Source: an uncultured Bacilli bacterium (GTDB lineage Bacteria > Bacillota_I > Bacilli_A > RF39 > UBA660). Taken from it: a stretch of 64,000 bases of DNA. The position numbers and the translations under genes were made by a program. The stretch's first letter is position 1; each line of letters opens with the position of its first letter. The stretch is from positions 6,202 to 70,201 of the forward strand of contig CALVWP010000004.1 of the NCBI GenBank assembly GCA_944367495.1, given 5' to 3'. A model generated the notes under the pieces. It was not told the origin of the DNA. It worked only from the letters and a program-made list of their open reading frames with translations, and searched no databases. Of the stretch, positions 61,536-64,000 are shown piece after piece.

Positions 61536-62105
61536 TTATTTTAAACTTTCATTTTTTATTTTCAAATAATAATCTCTTAGTTCCTTAAATCTTTGATAAT
61601 GAACGATTTCCCTTTCTCTTAAAAAAGATAGTGGACCTAAAATATCAGGATCATCAGTTAAATCCATTAAGTGCTCATAAGTAGCTCTTGCCCTTTGTTC
61701 AGCGCCCATATCACTTTCAATATCAGCAATATAATCACCAGCAACCTTAATATGTGTCATGTTAAATGGATTACCAAAAGCATCTGATGGGAATAAATCC
61801 ATGCCAAACTGCGCATACTGACTGTCTAAACCAGCCTCTTTTAACTCTTCCTTAGTTGCTCCTTTCATAAGTTGATAAAGCATAGCAGATATAATTTCTA
61901 CATGGGCCAGCTCTTCTGTACCAATATCAGTAAGTAATGCTTTTCCCCTATCATCAGGCATAATATATCTTTGGTCTAAATATTGCCATGCAGCTGCGAG
62001 CTCTCCAGCTGGACCGCCATATTGCGTCAAAATACATTTTGCCATCTTTAAATTTTTTTTCTTAATATTTACAGGATACTGTAATTTTTTTTCATATTTC
62101 CACAT
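61536..62105 (-). CDS. cotJC: Spore coat protein CotJC (manganese-catalase-like ferritin fold)
   Basis: MWKYEKKLQYPVNIKKKNLKMAKCILTQYGGPAGELAA closely matches B. subtilis CotJC. GGAGG RBS. Confidence 0.9.
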   Translation of the reverse strand: MWKYEKKLQYPVNIKKKNLKMAKCILTQYGGPAGELAAAWQYLDQRYIMPDDRGKALLTDIGTEELAHVEIISAMLYQLMKGATKEELKEAGLDSQYAQFGMDLFPSDAFGNPFNMTHIKVAGDYIADIESDMGAEQRARATYEHLMDLTDDPDILGPLSFLREREIVHYQRFKELRDYYLKIKNESLK

Positions 62106-62114
62106 ATAAACCTC

Positions 62115-62639
62115 CTACTTATTCTCCCATGGCCAAGGTGTATTATTCCAAGTCCAAGGATACCCTTCATTAGAATTTACAAAAAGCGGTCCAAATTTAC
62201 TTTCATATTCATTTTTTGCGGTCCACGCATCCGCACTATACTGATTGTATAAATCAATCATCGCTCTATCGTTTGGATGAGTATCTAAATATAGATTAAT
62301 ATCATGAGCTGCAAAAGAATAAGCATCTACCTTAGTTAAAAGTTCCGCTTGTTCATTCATCCCTTTTACATCATAAGGTCTAGCAAGTTTATATTGATTA
62401 AATAAATCTGGAAACATATTACCTCTGATAAAACCATTATAAACATCATATAATTGATTTGGATTGCTTTTGCCATCATATCCGCACTTATTAAAATTCA
62501 TATTGTCCCCTGCTTGTTTACTAAGCTTCTTACTAAGTTCAATGTTTTTAACCGGTTTTTTAGCTTGCGGTATTGCTTCTGGATAAGTCATCATAAACTC
62601 ATTTGGAAACATATTTCCCATATTCACATAATTATTCAT
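62115..62639 (-). CDS. cotJB: Translationally fused CotJA-CotJB spore coat protein
   Basis: N-terminal half carries CotJA motifs (PNQLY...GFIRGNMFPDLFNQY...PY). C-terminal half carries CotJB motifs (NLYLDTHPND, FGPL, PWTW...PWPWE). There is no stop codon between them. Start at the ATG after an AAGGGGAAG RBS. Confidence 0.75.
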   Translation of the reverse strand: MNNYVNMGNMFPNEFMMTYPEAIPQAKKPVKNIELSKKLSKQAGDNMNFNKCGYDGKSNPNQLYDVYNGFIRGNMFPDLFNQYKLARPYDVKGMNEQAELLTKVDAYSFAAHDINLYLDTHPNDRAMIDLYNQYSADAWTAKNEYESKFGPLFVNSNEGYPWTWNNTPWPWENK

Positions 62640-62747
62640 TGTTCTTCCCCTTTCGTGATATATTATGAAATAAACTTTCCAAAGTATAGGCAAAAATATT
62701 GTATTTATAAAAAAACTTTAGTATCATAAATTATTGAGGTGAAAAGT

Positions 62748-64000
62748 ATGAGCTTATATGATAAAGTAATCAGAATTTGTGGAACCACTGATTTTATGAA
62801 AGGATTAAATTACCAAGCTAACAAAGTAAAATTAATAAAAACAATAGATGAAGATTATTATCGCCATGCCTACTTTAATATAACCTCAGAAAGAATAGAT
62901 AAAGACTACAAAGTAGAAGTACTAATAGATAAAGAAGATGCAACTATCGAAGACTTTTTCTGTACTTGTCCACAGTATGAAAAAATGGATACATGTAAAC
63001 ACATAGCTGCCTGCATTTTAAAATACGAAGATGCTTTATTTAATGATGAAGAAGTAGACCCCATAGAATATCAGTTAAATATAGGTTCACAAATCCTAGA
63101 TAAATTTTATGAACCAAAAAAATCTACCATAAAAAAGAAATTAAATCTAGAAGTTGAACTTGAACCTACTGATAGTTATTACTATGATAACTATATTAAA
63201 GTAAAATATAAAATAGGTTTAGATAGACTATACACCTTAAATAATAAATATCATAATTTCATGTATGCTTATTCTCAAAAAAGGCCATATAAATTATCTA
63301 CAAAATTAACTTATGATCCAGACGAATACTATTTTGATAAAATAGATAAAGAAATATTAGATTATAATGTTCACATCTTTCAAAGAGGTTACTATGAATG
63401 CATTATTAGAAAAAGTGATTTAGATGGTTTTATGGATCTTTTACAAGATAAAGATTTTACTTTAAATCATAGTAAATATATTGGTTATACCTTAGAAAAT
63501 CCTTTTAATATAAGTCTTACTAAGGAAAATAATAACTATACCCTAACCATCGATAATTTAAAAGATTATGAACAATTACTTGAAGGTACTCCATATTTTT
63601 ATGATGATAAAAAAATATATAAAGTAGATGATAACATATATAAACTATATAAATTACTCGTAGATAATGATTTGGATAGTTTCATGTTCTCTAAAAAAGA
63701 CTTAGGAAAATTTACAGGTGGCCTACTTTCTTTATTAAAAGAAAATATTCATTTAGATGAAAACATAACTGAAATTACCATACCAACAGCACCTAAAGCC
63801 AAACTATACTTTGACTTTTATTATAGTGCCATTGAGTGTCAAATCAAGTTAACCTATGGAAATAAAGAAATAGATTACTTTTCTAATGACCCTGGAGTTC
63901 CAAGAGATACTGAATACGAAAGTAATATTCTCCAAAGATTATCAAATTTTGGCTTCATTGTAAATCAAACGCACATAACTTTAGAAGACATAGATGAAGT
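62748..64000 (+). CDS. SWIM zinc-finger N-terminal region of a probable SNF2-family helicase-associated protein, partial (continues past the window end)
   Basis: GAGGTGA RBS then ATG. SWIM motif FCTCPQYEKMDTCKHIAAC. The open frame runs to the window edge and resembles YwqA-like N-termini. Confidence 0.6.
   Translation, partial: MSLYDKVIRICGTTDFMKGLNYQANKVKLIKTIDEDYYRHAYFNITSERIDKDYKVEVLIDKEDATIEDFFCTCPQYEKMDTCKHIAACILKYEDALFNDEEVDPIEYQLNIGSQILDKFYEPKKSTIKKKLNLEVELEPTDSYYYDNYIKVKYKIGLDRLYTLNNKYHNFMYAYSQKRPYKLSTKLTYDPDEYYFDKIDKEILDYNVHIFQRGYYECIIRKSDLDGFMDLLQDKDFTLNHSKYIGYTLENPFNISLTKENNNYTLTIDNLKDYEQLLEGTPYFYDDKKIYKVDDNIYKLYKLLVDNDLDSFMFSKKDLGKFTGGLLSLLKENIHLDENITEITIPTAPKAKLYFDFYYSAIECQIKLTYGNKEIDYFSNDPGVPRDTEYESNILQRLSNFGFIVNQTHITLEDIDE

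Overview
This window is the origin-proximal region of a very AT-rich (about 30% GC) endospore-forming Firmicutes chromosome that uses the standard genetic code. Its core is a Bacillus-like oriC neighbourhood: rnpA and rpmH on the minus strand, a DnaA-box cluster, then dnaA, dnaN, recF, gyrB and gyrA. Next come an SRP RNA, tadA, dnaX, ybaB, recR, bofA, holB, yaaT/ricT and two methyltransferases including rsmI. The rest is a long, mostly co-directional run of housekeeping and sporulation genes: pth, mfd, spoVT, a Met T-box leader, dut, metG, tatD, a YabE-like 3D-domain protein, ksgA, ung, tilS, ftsH, soj/spo0J, ychF, rpsF-ssb-rpsR, rpiB, spoIID, a spoIIQ-like M23 protein, spoIIID, mbl, tagO, typA and a cotJ operon. 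There are no rRNA or tRNA genes, CRISPR arrays or obvious mobile elements. Four things stand out. First, the gyrA-to-SRP-RNA intergenic region carries a 1.66-kb array of twelve perfect parS palindromes (TGTTTCACGTGAAACA) nested in roughly 385-bp direct repeats that also contain DnaA-box 9-mers. The cognate soj/spo0J genes lie about 30 kb downstream in the same window. Second, a two-gene cassette sits between the yabE-like gene and ksgA: a fused GNAT, radical-SAM and SPASM enzyme followed by a 48-aa Cys/Asp-rich peptide with CX3D motifs. This looks like a candidate ranthipeptide-type RiPP locus. Third, a shortened ComK-family gene sits between dnaN and recF. Fourth, one secreted-protein gene is broken by two A6 frameshift tracts, a ricin-lectin/beta-helix gene remnant carries an in-frame TGA, CotJA and CotJB are translationally fused, and the DnaA-box 9-mer TGTGGAAAA recurs unusually often in the sense strand of genes.
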